Part shown: one piece after another, positions 20,190 to 29,673 of the stretch | How the letters are laid out: every line of letters starts with the position of its first letter | How positions within the stretch are numbered: the first letter of the stretch is position 1 | Virus record (IMG/VR): IMGVR_UViG_3300045988_091217 | Location: 1-59,558 of that record | DNA from: a virus | Strand: one strand, 5' to 3' | Length of the DNA: 59,558 nucleotides | Translations under genes and position numbers: made by a program | Notes under the pieces: generated by a model | Told to the model about the DNA's origin: nothing | The model's input: only the letters and a program-made list of their open reading frames with translations | The model's database searches: none

Positions 20190-21044
20190 ATGGCTATTAC
20201 ACGCGGCGCGACCAAAGCCTTAGTGCTGGCAAACGGTCGAATTGAATTTAACCAATTCCCAATCGTCAACGGCGTTGAACGCCAAGCTGACGCTAAGGGC
20301 TTCCGTTACTTGGGTTCGTCCAAAGAATTGAACTTAACTCAAGAGAACGAAACTCTGGAACACAAATCTTCCGAGTGCGGCTTCAACACAACCGACGAAG
20401 AAATCATCATCTCTTCCAAGTTGACTGGTAGCTTCACACTGGACAACATCAACACCGAAAACTTGGCAATGTTCTTCGCTGGTGAAGTTAACGCTCAAAC
20501 CCAAGTTGCCGCTACTGGCAAAAAAGACACACTGAAGGTTTACCCTTCTCTGGGCTACCGCTTGGGTACAAGCAAAGAAAACCCGAACGGCGTGTTTGCC
20601 GCTACCATCACCAAAATCGAAGTGTTTGCTGATGAAGCCAAAGCCAAAGCTGGTACTCCAGTAGCAGCAACTCTGGTGGAAGGTGTGGACTACGAATACA
20701 CTCCTGAAACTGGCTTCTTGATGATTGGCGATACCGCCAGCACCGACAAAATTAAGGCCGAAGGCTCTTGGGTTGTTGTGACTTACGACCTGAAAAAAGC
20801 GGCTCGTGATGTCATCATTTCCAAAGGTCAATCTATCGTTGGTGAATTCCTGTTCCGCGGCTGTAACGCGAAAGGTGAAAACCGTCAATATTGGATGCCG
20901 AAAGTGCGTTTGTCACCTAACGGCGATTTCGCATTGAAAGGCGGTGAAGAATGGTCTAGCATGGCTTTCAACATTACCGCTCTGGAATCCGAAGGCGCAG
21001 GCTCTATGCTGTACATCAACGGTCAACCAACAACCTTGGTATAA
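20190..21044 (+). CDS. major tail (tube) protein
   Basis: Position before the G/GT chaperones. AGGAG RBS. A strong terminator follows. Confidence 0.55.
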   Translation: MAITRGATKALVLANGRIEFNQFPIVNGVERQADAKGFRYLGSSKELNLTQENETLEHKSSECGFNTTDEEIIISSKLTGSFTLDNINTENLAMFFAGEVNAQTQVAATGKKDTLKVYPSLGYRLGTSKENPNGVFAATITKIEVFADEAKAKAGTPVAATLVEGVDYEYTPETGFLMIGDTASTDKIKAEGSWVVVTYDLKKAARDVIISKGQSIVGEFLFRGCNAKGENRQYWMPKVRLSPNGDFALKGGEEWSSMAFNITALESEGAGSMLYINGQPTTLV

Positions 21045-21063
21045 GCATTAATGTTGCATGAAA

Positions 21064-21103
21064 CATGGCGAAGTGGTATAGTCCGCTTTGCCATGTTTTT
21101 TTT
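21064..21103 (+). terminator. rho-independent terminator after the major tail gene
   Basis: catggcgaag ... ctttgccatg followed by tttttttt. Confidence 0.7.
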
Positions 21104-21118
21104 ATGAGGTAAATTACA

Positions 21119-21574
21119 ATGAAAATGAATCTTACGGGATTGATTTCCCCGACAAAGGAAGTTCACGGCGTAACCGTCCGTGGTTTGAATTTTGCTGATT
21201 TGTCTGCCCAATGGCAGTCTAACGGCGTGCGCTTGATGGAGGCGTTTGACGAAGTGATGGCTAAATCCAAAGGCTCTGACGACCTGATGGATGTTGCCAA
21301 CAGCATTATCAAATATGCTCCTGATTTGGCTCGTGCTGCGTTTCTGTCGGCCATTAATGACAAGGGTGAAAAACACCCCGTCGGCGATGAAGAACTCACT
21401 GCTGCGCAAATCTGGGATACTCGCATGGGTATTGGTAAGCAGATGGATATTGTCATCGCCATCATCGATTTGACGATGAATGAATCCGACAATTTAAAAA
21501 AAAGACTGCTGGCAGCACTGGACAAACCAACTATTCAGAAAATGCTGGCGGAGAAGGCGACTTCGGAGAAGTAG
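21119..21574 (+). CDS. tail assembly chaperone (gpG-like)
   Basis: 151 aa directly upstream of the tape measure gene. Confidence 0.6.
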   Translation: MKMNLTGLISPTKEVHGVTVRGLNFADLSAQWQSNGVRLMEAFDEVMAKSKGSDDLMDVANSIIKYAPDLARAAFLSAINDKGEKHPVGDEELTAAQIWDTRMGIGKQMDIVIAIIDLTMNESDNLKKRLLAALDKPTIQKMLAEKATSEK

Positions 21575-21858
21575 ACCCTTATCATCCGTTCGAATCCTTC
21601 ATGCTAAGTCTAAGGCGAGATGTGAGTATCTGTTTAGCAAACGGACACTCGCAGGCTCGCCTTTATTCGCTTATAATGTTACGCAATGAGGCGGAGTTAA
21701 TACGCGAACGCCGTCGTCAGGATTTTGTTTTATACGGAACTCTGACAAAAATGATTTTTGACGCAAGCAATACTGATATTAAGCAGGATGCGTTAAAAGA
21801 GTTGAACGCAGCATTACGAGATATGCTCAATCATATAGGAACTGGTCATTATGGCTGA
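21119..21858 (+). CDS. GT-like frameshift fusion product (tail assembly chaperone), via -1 shift at about 21500
   Basis: The frame relationship (frame 2 to frame 1) fits -1 slippage. The downstream frame ends 5 nt after the tape measure ATG. Confidence 0.5.
21496..21503 (+). other. poly-A slippery site for a programmed -1 ribosomal frameshift (G to GT)
   Basis: The A8 run tta_aaa_aaa_aga lies in the gpG-like frame. The -1 frame is open from 21484 (after a TGA at 21481) through 21858. Confidence 0.6.
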
Positions 21859-24800
21859 AAATCGCTCAGTTGAATTAGAAATCCGCGCACAGGATTACAG
21901 TGGTAAAACCATCAACGACGTGCGCAAGAACATTAAGGGTCTGAAAGACGACCTGAACGAACAGGCAAAGTCGGCTGCAAAGGGTAAGGCCGACTTTAAA
22001 GCCTATGAAGCCAGTCTGAAAGGATTGGCTTCTGCTGCGACTAAACTTACCGAGTTACAAACAATGCTTGGTAAGTTGTCTAAACTCGCCGATAACGTGG
22101 CATCAAGTGCTGAACGCGCTAAAGATGCAAGCGACGCGTATGATGACTTCGCCAACAAAATCAGCGCACTCGGCGTGCCAACCAAAGCGCAGGCCGATAA
22201 ATTAGCGCGATTGGAAGCTAATCAACTCAAGGCTGCTGAAGCCGCTAAGAAACAGGCCGATGCTTATGAGCGTCAACGCCTTGAGGCTGAAGCGCATGGC
22301 TTGGCAACCAACAACATCCAACGCAGCCAAGAGGCTCTGACTAAGACCTACGAGCGCACGCTGCAAACAATCATCGACATGCGCAACGCGCAGGCCGCTC
22401 TGCAACGCCAAAATGAAATCACTTCACGCGCAGGCGACCGACGCAAAGAGTTGCAAGAGCAGATTCGTTTGCAACAAGAATCTCTGAAGTTGGCGCAACA
22501 ACAAGCAGCCGCCGAAGCAGCACGTCGACGCAATATTCAAAGTCAACGCAATCAGATAAACGCTCAACGCGTATCTATCGCGCAGCAAATTGCTGAAGCC
22601 AAAGCAGCGCAACAGGATTCCGTTTCAAAGACAGTCAGCGATGCACTGAATCCATCACGCAGCCATAAAAACGCGATGGCTGACATCACTACGTCTGTAC
22701 GCAACGCAAGCACCGCAATGCGCAAATCTACGACAGACGTTAAAGCTCTGAGCGATGCAATGGATAAACTCCGCGCGGCTCAGGAAAAACTCAAAGTCGT
22801 GGCTGGCAATATTGATTTATATCGCAAACAATCTGCTGAGTTGGCAAAACTCCGTGCTGCGTATGAATCAACCCGTAACGAACACGCCAAACTCAACGCG
22901 CGTGTGGGCAGTGGTAATGCAACGTCTCAAGAAATCGCAAGACTACGCCAGTTGGTAGCCCAATTAAACCAATCTGGTGCGGCCTTCGCGCGTCAAAAAG
23001 TTGCGGTTGAACAAACTGCACGCATTCTTGGTGAGGCTGGCGTTAACGTCGATAAACTCGCCAAAGCAGAACAACGTCTGGCCGCAAATGCAGCCCGTAC
23101 CGCCGCTGCGTCAAAAACCCTCGACGTTAAGATTAAAGAACTGTCTAAATCAACAGACTCGACAGCGGAAGCGTTTGACCGCTGGTTGAAAGGCAAGCAA
23201 GGCATTCTCGTATTCTTGCAACAGGCACGCGGCAAAGTCTTGGCTCTGAGTGCTGCACTGGGCGGCTTGTATCTGGCTCTCGATAAAGTAGTCAAAGACG
23301 GTCAGGAAGGCGTTACGCTGAAGATTCGTGCCGAAGTGTTGGCCGACAACTGGGATACAACCGCAGGTGAATTGGAGAAGTATTTCCGCGATACCGCAGA
23401 ACGCATGGGTTTGGAACTGGGTACGATTATTCAGGATTCGGCTAAACTGTTTGTGGCTGGTAAAGAGGCCAAACTTGACTCCAATACCGTGAAATACATC
23501 TTCGAACAGTTCTCTGGCTTCGGTCAGTTGATGGGCGCGGATTCCGAAACTCAATCTGGTATTTACAAAGCCCTTGAGCAAATGCTGTCTAAAACGACTG
23601 TTCAGGCTGAGGAGCTGAAAGGTCAGTTAGCCGACCGCTTGCCTGCTGCAACCAACCTGTTTGCTAAAGCATTGGGTGTGACAAACGCCGAACTCATGAC
23701 AATGATGAAAGACGGTAAAGTTCTTGCCGCCGACGTATTGCCTAAAGTGGCCGCGCTGATTGAAGAAACCTACGGCTCAAACATTGAGAAGACTCAGAAA
23801 TCTCTCGTGGCCGAACAGTCACGCCTGAACAATGCGTTTAAAGACTGGATGCGCATCATCGCCGATGCAGGTGTCATGGAGAACTTCACTACTCTTCTGC
23901 GTGAAGTGCGTGACTTCTTCCGCTCTGACGAAGCGAAGCAGTGGGCTGAAGCAATCGCAAAGGCGTTGAATGTAGCTATTGATGCGCTGCGTTGGGCGGT
24001 TAAACACGCCAACGAATTGGTTATCGCCTTCGGTGCGTTGCTGACAATCGGCGCGGCTCAAATGTTTGTAGCACTCGCCGCAACAATGCGCACGTTCGGA
24101 CTGGGTTTGAAAGCTGCTGGTACGGCTATTACAAACTTCGCCGTTAAGATGGGTTTGATTGCCAAAGTGGCACCTTCTGTTGGTACTGGCTTGGGCGGTG
24201 CTGCTGCTGCTGGTGGTCGATTGGGATTGCTCGTTGCCCCAATCTCACGCCTGATTGGTGTACTGACTTCTGCTGCTAAGATTGCCGTCGGACTGTATAA
24301 GTCATTTATCATATTCGAGGTCGTCAGCGCAATCTTCGAAGGCATCGTGCGCGGTATTAACCGATTGAGCGGTGAATCTGAAGACGCTGTATCTGGTATG
24401 CAGATGCTGTCTGACGTGCTATGGTTGATTTCAGAAGCGTTCGGCGTTATTTCCGAAGCCATCGGCGTATTGGTTAAAGGTATTGCTGATTTCGTTGCCG
24501 ATGCGGTTGAGTTGATTGGCTCATTCTTCGTAGATACAACCAAAGAATCCAACAAGAGTGCTAAAGAGTTTGAAAGCGGTTGGACTAGCGCAATTCGCTT
24601 TGTTGCTCGACTGATTGACGCATTGACCGCTACTTTTAAGTCAACATTCCTTTATCTGGGTGGCCTCGCCGATTACGTTGTTAAGAAATTCAAGGGTATT
24701 GAAGCAAGTCTCCCAGATGCCGACCAAATCAACTTGGACGTGTCGCTGGAGGTTAATGAGAATGGTGTTGAAGCCAAACTCAATAAACGCTTGGAGGAGA

Positions 24801-27370
24801 TGCGTAAAAACATCGCCGACACTGACAACGACATCACTCAAAAAACTGCGCTTGAAGCGGCAAACCGAGCCGCTAATGATGCTGCTAAAAAGGCTGAAGA
24901 AGCGAAGGCTCTCGACGAGAAGGTCAACAAGGCTCGCGAGAAGGCTGAACAGGCTCGCCAACGCGCAGAAGAAGCCGCGCTGAAACGCCTTGAGAAAGAA
25001 TTGTCTTACGAGAAGATGATTCAAAAACTCATCGATTACCGCGAAGGCCGTTTGAAAGATGACCCGATGAAGGGTTACAACAATCTCGGCGATTGGTACT
25101 TGGGTGAGCGTCAGAAGGTTAAATCGAAATACGCGGCAAACGACCCGTATGAGAATTACTCTTCAGGTGGTTCGAACGGCACGTCTTCCTACGCTGTTGA
25201 TAAACGCGCTGCTGCCGCTGCTGACTTGGCAACCAAGAAAGCTGCTGCTGACTTTACAGGTCAATGCGCGACTTACGTCAAACGTGCGCTGGCTGCTGTC
25301 GATTCTCAAGCTGCTCCGTATATCAAAGGCAATGGTAATCTGACCGCTAAGAACTTGCTGAAATACGGTAAAGGTTGGCAACAAGTACCTTATTCAGCGA
25401 ATTATGTTCCACAAAAAGGCGACGTGGTTAGCTGGGGTGCTATCAAGGGTCATCCATACGGTCATACTGCTATCCACAACGGTAAAGAGTGGGTGTCTGA
25501 TACCAAACAAGGCCGATATGGTATTGATGCCAAAACAGGCGCGTCTTCGCGTGCTTACTTGGCAGAAATGGCTCGTAATCCGAACTACAAGCCAACGATT
25601 GTGCGTTTGAGCGGTGGTAACTCCGTAACGATTACAGGCTCTACTGGTTCAGTCAGTCACAACACTGCGGCTGACAGTAAAGTGCTTGATTTCTACAAAG
25701 CCCAAGAGGAACGCTGGAAAAAAGACAAAGCCTTAACCAAACAGCAGAAAGATGACGATTCAGCATTCGACAAAGCCGAATCTTTAGTTGAGAAAGTGAC
25801 TGAAGAAGCTCGTGAAGCAATCCGCGAGATGTATAAGGCAATGGGTGTGAACGGCGTTGAGGGTTTGATTAACCGCGACCCATCAACCATGTCTGTTGAC
25901 TTGTCTGGTTCTACGCTGAACGAGATTATCGACGGCTTCAAGAACATCATTCAACCTGACAATGACAAACAGGTTAAGCAGATGCTTGAGGTTCTTACTC
26001 TGGAATATGCCCAAAGCACGAACGTTAGCCGTAAAGAAGCTCTCGCTTGGTCTAAACAGCTTGAACCGCAACTGGCTAAGTACGCTGAATTGCAAGCGCA
26101 GAAAGCTCTCGGGGAACAAGTCGATGCCTTCCTCGATTCACTTGAGAAGAAACGCAACGATATTGAGAAAGAACGCGCCAACAGCGCAGAATATCTCGGC
26201 AGTGCGGTATCGCGTGGTGTGATTACTATTGAAGAGGCTCAGGCTAAGATGTCTGAAAGCACTCTGAAATATGTTGAACGCATGACGGATGCCATTAAAA
26301 AGCTCGACGAGATAATCAATAGCGAAGCGTTCGCCAAACTGTCACCAGAACAACAAACTGCGATTCTGAATCAGCGTGAGCGACTTGGTGCGGAGCAATC
26401 GGATTATCAATCTAATCCACGCCGTCAGGCCGCGAACTTTGCCGTTGACTCAATGGCAAAACGCCTTGATGACTTCTTGCAACGCAAACGTCAGTTCGAA
26501 GAATTGCAGGAACAACTCGTCGTAAGCGGTCAGCAATCCATCACTAAGATGGAAGAGAATGTTCAAGCATACTTGAACAACATCGCTCCGCAGATGAAAG
26601 AGTTGGTTGCAGACGCTCAAAAAATCATGTCTTCTTTTGGTGATTCGGCAGCGTATGCGAACCTCACAAATCTTGTGACAAAGATGAAGGATGTTCGTAC
26701 CGAAACGACCCATAGTAAGGGTGAAGTCGAGTTGATGAATGCTGCGTATGGCGTGCTTAATGACGGAGCAATGACTGCGTTTGAAGGTATTGCCAGTGGC
26801 CTTGCTGGTATTGCAACTGGGGCTATGAGCAGTCGCGAAGCGTTTGCAAACTTGGGTCAGGCGGTGGCTCAATGGGCAGCAGAGGCTTTACGTCACATGG
26901 CGAAAGTGATTATCCAGCAACTTATCAGTCTTGCAATTCAGAAAGCCCTTCAGTCGTATTTCGGCGGTGGTGCTGATGTGCAGATGCCAGACACATCGAG
27001 CTTCGCTCAATACGCAGCCCTGTTCCATACAGGCGGTGTTGTTGGTCGCGGTAAGGCTGGTGGCAAACGGGTGAATCCGCTTGTTTTCAACGGTGCTGTA
27101 CGTTATCATAGTGGTGGTATCGCAGGACTTGCACCAAACGAAGTTCCTGCTGTTTTACAGAAAGGTGAGGAGGTAATCACTAAAAATGACCCTCGTCATA
27201 GAGATAACGCAAATTCTTCATCATCGAACCAGCAGCAGTTGACTGTTATTAACACCTTCGACCCAGTAGAGGCCATGAACCTTGCTCTGGCATCAAGCAG
27301 CGGTAGGAAAGTTCTTATCAAGGCAATGGGTCGAGAGCAACGTGCGGTTAAACGAATTGGTGGGGCTTAG
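21851..27370 (+). CDS. tail tape measure protein with embedded CHAP-like peptidase domain
   Basis: 1839 aa, Ala/Gln-rich coiled-coil. TGQCATYVKRA ... GHPYGHTAIHNG is a CHAP-like Cys/His pair, at about nt 25240-25510. Confidence 0.85.
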   Translation: MAENRSVELEIRAQDYSGKTINDVRKNIKGLKDDLNEQAKSAAKGKADFKAYEASLKGLASAATKLTELQTMLGKLSKLADNVASSAERAKDASDAYDDFANKISALGVPTKAQADKLARLEANQLKAAEAAKKQADAYERQRLEAEAHGLATNNIQRSQEALTKTYERTLQTIIDMRNAQAALQRQNEITSRAGDRRKELQEQIRLQQESLKLAQQQAAAEAARRRNIQSQRNQINAQRVSIAQQIAEAKAAQQDSVSKTVSDALNPSRSHKNAMADITTSVRNASTAMRKSTTDVKALSDAMDKLRAAQEKLKVVAGNIDLYRKQSAELAKLRAAYESTRNEHAKLNARVGSGNATSQEIARLRQLVAQLNQSGAAFARQKVAVEQTARILGEAGVNVDKLAKAEQRLAANAARTAAASKTLDVKIKELSKSTDSTAEAFDRWLKGKQGILVFLQQARGKVLALSAALGGLYLALDKVVKDGQEGVTLKIRAEVLADNWDTTAGELEKYFRDTAERMGLELGTIIQDSAKLFVAGKEAKLDSNTVKYIFEQFSGFGQLMGADSETQSGIYKALEQMLSKTTVQAEELKGQLADRLPAATNLFAKALGVTNAELMTMMKDGKVLAADVLPKVAALIEETYGSNIEKTQKSLVAEQSRLNNAFKDWMRIIADAGVMENFTTLLREVRDFFRSDEAKQWAEAIAKALNVAIDALRWAVKHANELVIAFGALLTIGAAQMFVALAATMRTFGLGLKAAGTAITNFAVKMGLIAKVAPSVGTGLGGAAAAGGRLGLLVAPISRLIGVLTSAAKIAVGLYKSFIIFEVVSAIFEGIVRGINRLSGESEDAVSGMQMLSDVLWLISEAFGVISEAIGVLVKGIADFVADAVELIGSFFVDTTKESNKSAKEFESGWTSAIRFVARLIDALTATFKSTFLYLGGLADYVVKKFKGIEASLPDADQINLDVSLEVNENGVEAKLNKRLEEMRKNIADTDNDITQKTALEAANRAANDAAKKAEEAKALDEKVNKAREKAEQARQRAEEAALKRLEKELSYEKMIQKLIDYREGRLKDDPMKGYNNLGDWYLGERQKVKSKYAANDPYENYSSGGSNGTSSYAVDKRAAAAADLATKKAAADFTGQCATYVKRALAAVDSQAAPYIKGNGNLTAKNLLKYGKGWQQVPYSANYVPQKGDVVSWGAIKGHPYGHTAIHNGKEWVSDTKQGRYGIDAKTGASSRAYLAEMARNPNYKPTIVRLSGGNSVTITGSTGSVSHNTAADSKVLDFYKAQEERWKKDKALTKQQKDDDSAFDKAESLVEKVTEEAREAIREMYKAMGVNGVEGLINRDPSTMSVDLSGSTLNEIIDGFKNIIQPDNDKQVKQMLEVLTLEYAQSTNVSRKEALAWSKQLEPQLAKYAELQAQKALGEQVDAFLDSLEKKRNDIEKERANSAEYLGSAVSRGVITIEEAQAKMSESTLKYVERMTDAIKKLDEIINSEAFAKLSPEQQTAILNQRERLGAEQSDYQSNPRRQAANFAVDSMAKRLDDFLQRKRQFEELQEQLVVSGQQSITKMEENVQAYLNNIAPQMKELVADAQKIMSSFGDSAAYANLTNLVTKMKDVRTETTHSKGEVELMNAAYGVLNDGAMTAFEGIASGLAGIATGAMSSREAFANLGQAVAQWAAEALRHMAKVIIQQLISLAIQKALQSYFGGGADVQMPDTSSFAQYAALFHTGGVVGRGKAGGKRVNPLVFNGAVRYHSGGIAGLAPNEVPAVLQKGEEVITKNDPRHRDNANSSSSNQQQLTVINTFDPVEAMNLALASSSGRKVLIKAMGREQRAVKRIGGA

Positions 27371-27385
27371 TAGAAAGGAAAAGTA

Positions 27386-28513
27386 ATGGCTGTTGAAATA
27401 GGAACAGCCTCCAATGCAAGGGATTTGGTGTCGAAGCTCGAAAAGTTTCTGACAACAAATCCCGAATTGGTTCAAGCCAACCAAGCATGGGAGGTCATTA
27501 AGGACAGCGACGGTGGTGATGAGCTTGTCCATTTGCCCACTTATCCTAAAGAGGCTGCTGATGGCTCTTTAGGATGGACGGCGCGTCGTCGCTTTGTTGG
27601 TCACGGTCTTGATGGTGAGGATACTATTGTTGTTCCGATGGCCTTATACATAAATACACAATATTCAATAACTTCCTTATGCGCAATTCATGCGGTGGCG
27701 AGTAACAAGAACATAGACTTTACTGAGCATTTCTATGTGGGGTGGGGTAGTTATCGTAGTGAGCCATTTCTAGTATCTATCCCGTTAGCAAATGAAGCAA
27801 TCCCGTATTGGTTCGTGGCAAACGGGCGACGGTTTATAATTGTGGCTAAGGTCGGTGGTTATTATATGTCTATGTATTGCGGTTTTATGCTGCAATTTGG
27901 AACGGATTTAGAAAACCCATCCCCAATGTATATAGGTGGTAGTTGCAATGACCATCGCGCCCTAATCCCGCTTAATGATGAGCAGTTACCGAGTGAATAT
28001 AAAAAGAATCTCGCAATCCACCCTTATGGGGGGTTTCATGACCCAGTTATTACACATTGGCCTAAAGGCGCAGTCTACTATACCGAATCTACTTCTTGTC
28101 TATGTAACGCACCTGATGGCAAAGTCGTAGTATTTCACAATGGCGCACTTTTTAGCCGATTCAACACAAAATACCGACTCGCAACAGGTGCGTTACTTCC
28201 ATACCGTTACGTTACAGGTAATACCACTAATACTCTCGCTGAGGTAACACCAACAGGAGATAATGATGCGCCTCCGTATGGTGTTGCTGTGAATGGAGAT
28301 TATGTTCTCCTTCCCATAGAGTTATTTGCTGAGATTGATGGTGATACTAACAGAGCGATTGGTACAACTCTTGGTTGGTTACAGGGTGCCTATTTTGTCA
28401 GCGGAGTAAATAACACTCCAGAGAAGGAGTTACTTATTGATAATAAACGCTATTTGTGTTTCCCTTCGATGCGAAATACAACTCGTAGCTGGTTTGCGCT
28501 ACTAATGGAGTGA
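27386..28513 (+). CDS. tail-associated protein of unknown function
   Basis: Position after the tape measure gene. Confidence 0.45.
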   Translation: MAVEIGTASNARDLVSKLEKFLTTNPELVQANQAWEVIKDSDGGDELVHLPTYPKEAADGSLGWTARRRFVGHGLDGEDTIVVPMALYINTQYSITSLCAIHAVASNKNIDFTEHFYVGWGSYRSEPFLVSIPLANEAIPYWFVANGRRFIIVAKVGGYYMSMYCGFMLQFGTDLENPSPMYIGGSCNDHRALIPLNDEQLPSEYKKNLAIHPYGGFHDPVITHWPKGAVYYTESTSCLCNAPDGKVVVFHNGALFSRFNTKYRLATGALLPYRYVTGNTTNTLAEVTPTGDNDAPPYGVAVNGDYVLLPIELFAEIDGDTNRAIGTTLGWLQGAYFVSGVNNTPEKELLIDNKRYLCFPSMRNTTRSWFALLME

Positions 28514-28516
28514 ATC

Positions 28517-29665
28517 ATGGCATTTATAAAACATGAAGGTGCTATTAACAGCATGGATGATTTCTTAGTAGAAATCAAAAAGTATTTGATAAAGAGTGGT
28601 ATGTTTAATAATGCGGTTGACTTTGAGACCTTAGATATAGATAAAAGCGACCTTCGTCACGCTGGATTTTCAATCAAACATAAAGAGGGAAAGTGGTTTA
28701 ATTTTGGAAGACAGTTATATCCACGCTCCGCTGGCGATAACGTGCTTTCAATATCAATTTCACGCAGTGGAAAACCATCGGCATCCTTTCACCCTTACTA
28801 CGACAGGATGATTATTCCATATCATCCAGCATCAACTGAATGCGGTAAGTATTTATTTCCGTTAGTAAATTTGTATGTTACAACAACAAAAACCTTTGTA
28901 GCATTTTCTGCGGAAATAAAGAAAGGTCAGTTCGTGCATTTTATTGTTGGTAGACATCTTTCGTACGGTGGTATTAGTGGGTTTGACAAAGATATTGGTG
29001 GGGAGTTTGTATATATAACTTATATGCCTGATGGAAATGAGTTTGGTGTTAATGTAAGCTCACGATTTCTCGGCGAATCTTATTTACATGGACGTGGTTA
29101 TACACTTCGACCAAAATACTACCGCATGGCTCGCACGGTGCTTTATGATGGAGTGCCATCTCAAGGGCGAGAGTATCGTTACACTTACGACAGATGGTAT
29201 CGTGAATATGAGAATCTTTTACCAAGCTGGGTCATTTACTATGATTTGGCAGTTCCTCTTAATGTAAGGATTAAGAATGGTCTGATTGAGATGTATGAAG
29301 TTCAACCTGTTAATATTTATGATGGCTCGTCGAAATATAATAAGAGAACTCCTATGAACCCACATCATCTTCGACTTAACGTATCAACCGTTGCGCAAAC
29401 AGCGTCTCGTGACGATGAGCAAATTGACCCTGATAGAGCGTATAGCGCGGCTAAATCAGCACTCGAAGACTGGTCAATACCCAATATCATAAAAGATGCT
29501 GAAGTGTTTTATAATAACGAAATGTGTACTCTTTCCATCGAAGACATAGAACCTGCCGCACAAATCGGAGACTGGGTGTTTTTCCCCCTTGTCACCAAAA
29601 AGACAGATGATGTGTTTAAGAATCTATGGAGTTCACACATTGGCATTGGTTTCAAATTTAAATAG
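28517..29665 (+). CDS. tail-module protein of unknown function; strongly AT-rich (about 30 percent GC), likely horizontally acquired
   Basis: GGAG RBS. Local GC is far below the flanking genes (about 47 percent). Confidence 0.5.
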   Translation: MAFIKHEGAINSMDDFLVEIKKYLIKSGMFNNAVDFETLDIDKSDLRHAGFSIKHKEGKWFNFGRQLYPRSAGDNVLSISISRSGKPSASFHPYYDRMIIPYHPASTECGKYLFPLVNLYVTTTKTFVAFSAEIKKGQFVHFIVGRHLSYGGISGFDKDIGGEFVYITYMPDGNEFGVNVSSRFLGESYLHGRGYTLRPKYYRMARTVLYDGVPSQGREYRYTYDRWYREYENLLPSWVIYYDLAVPLNVRIKNGLIEMYEVQPVNIYDGSSKYNKRTPMNPHHLRLNVSTVAQTASRDDEQIDPDRAYSAAKSALEDWSIPNIIKDAEVFYNNEMCTLSIEDIEPAAQIGDWVFFPLVTKKTDDVFKNLWSSHIGIGFKFK

Positions 29666-29673
29666 GACTCAAT

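Noticed and set aside
20334-20888. 184-aa antisense ORF within the major tail gene
   Set aside because: No RBS. Overlaps a well-supported gene.
24058-24555. 165-aa antisense ORF inside the tape measure gene (plus similar ones at 22003-23581 and 25163-26872)
   Set aside because: Low-complexity translation of the Ala/Gln-rich tape measure antisense strand. No start context.
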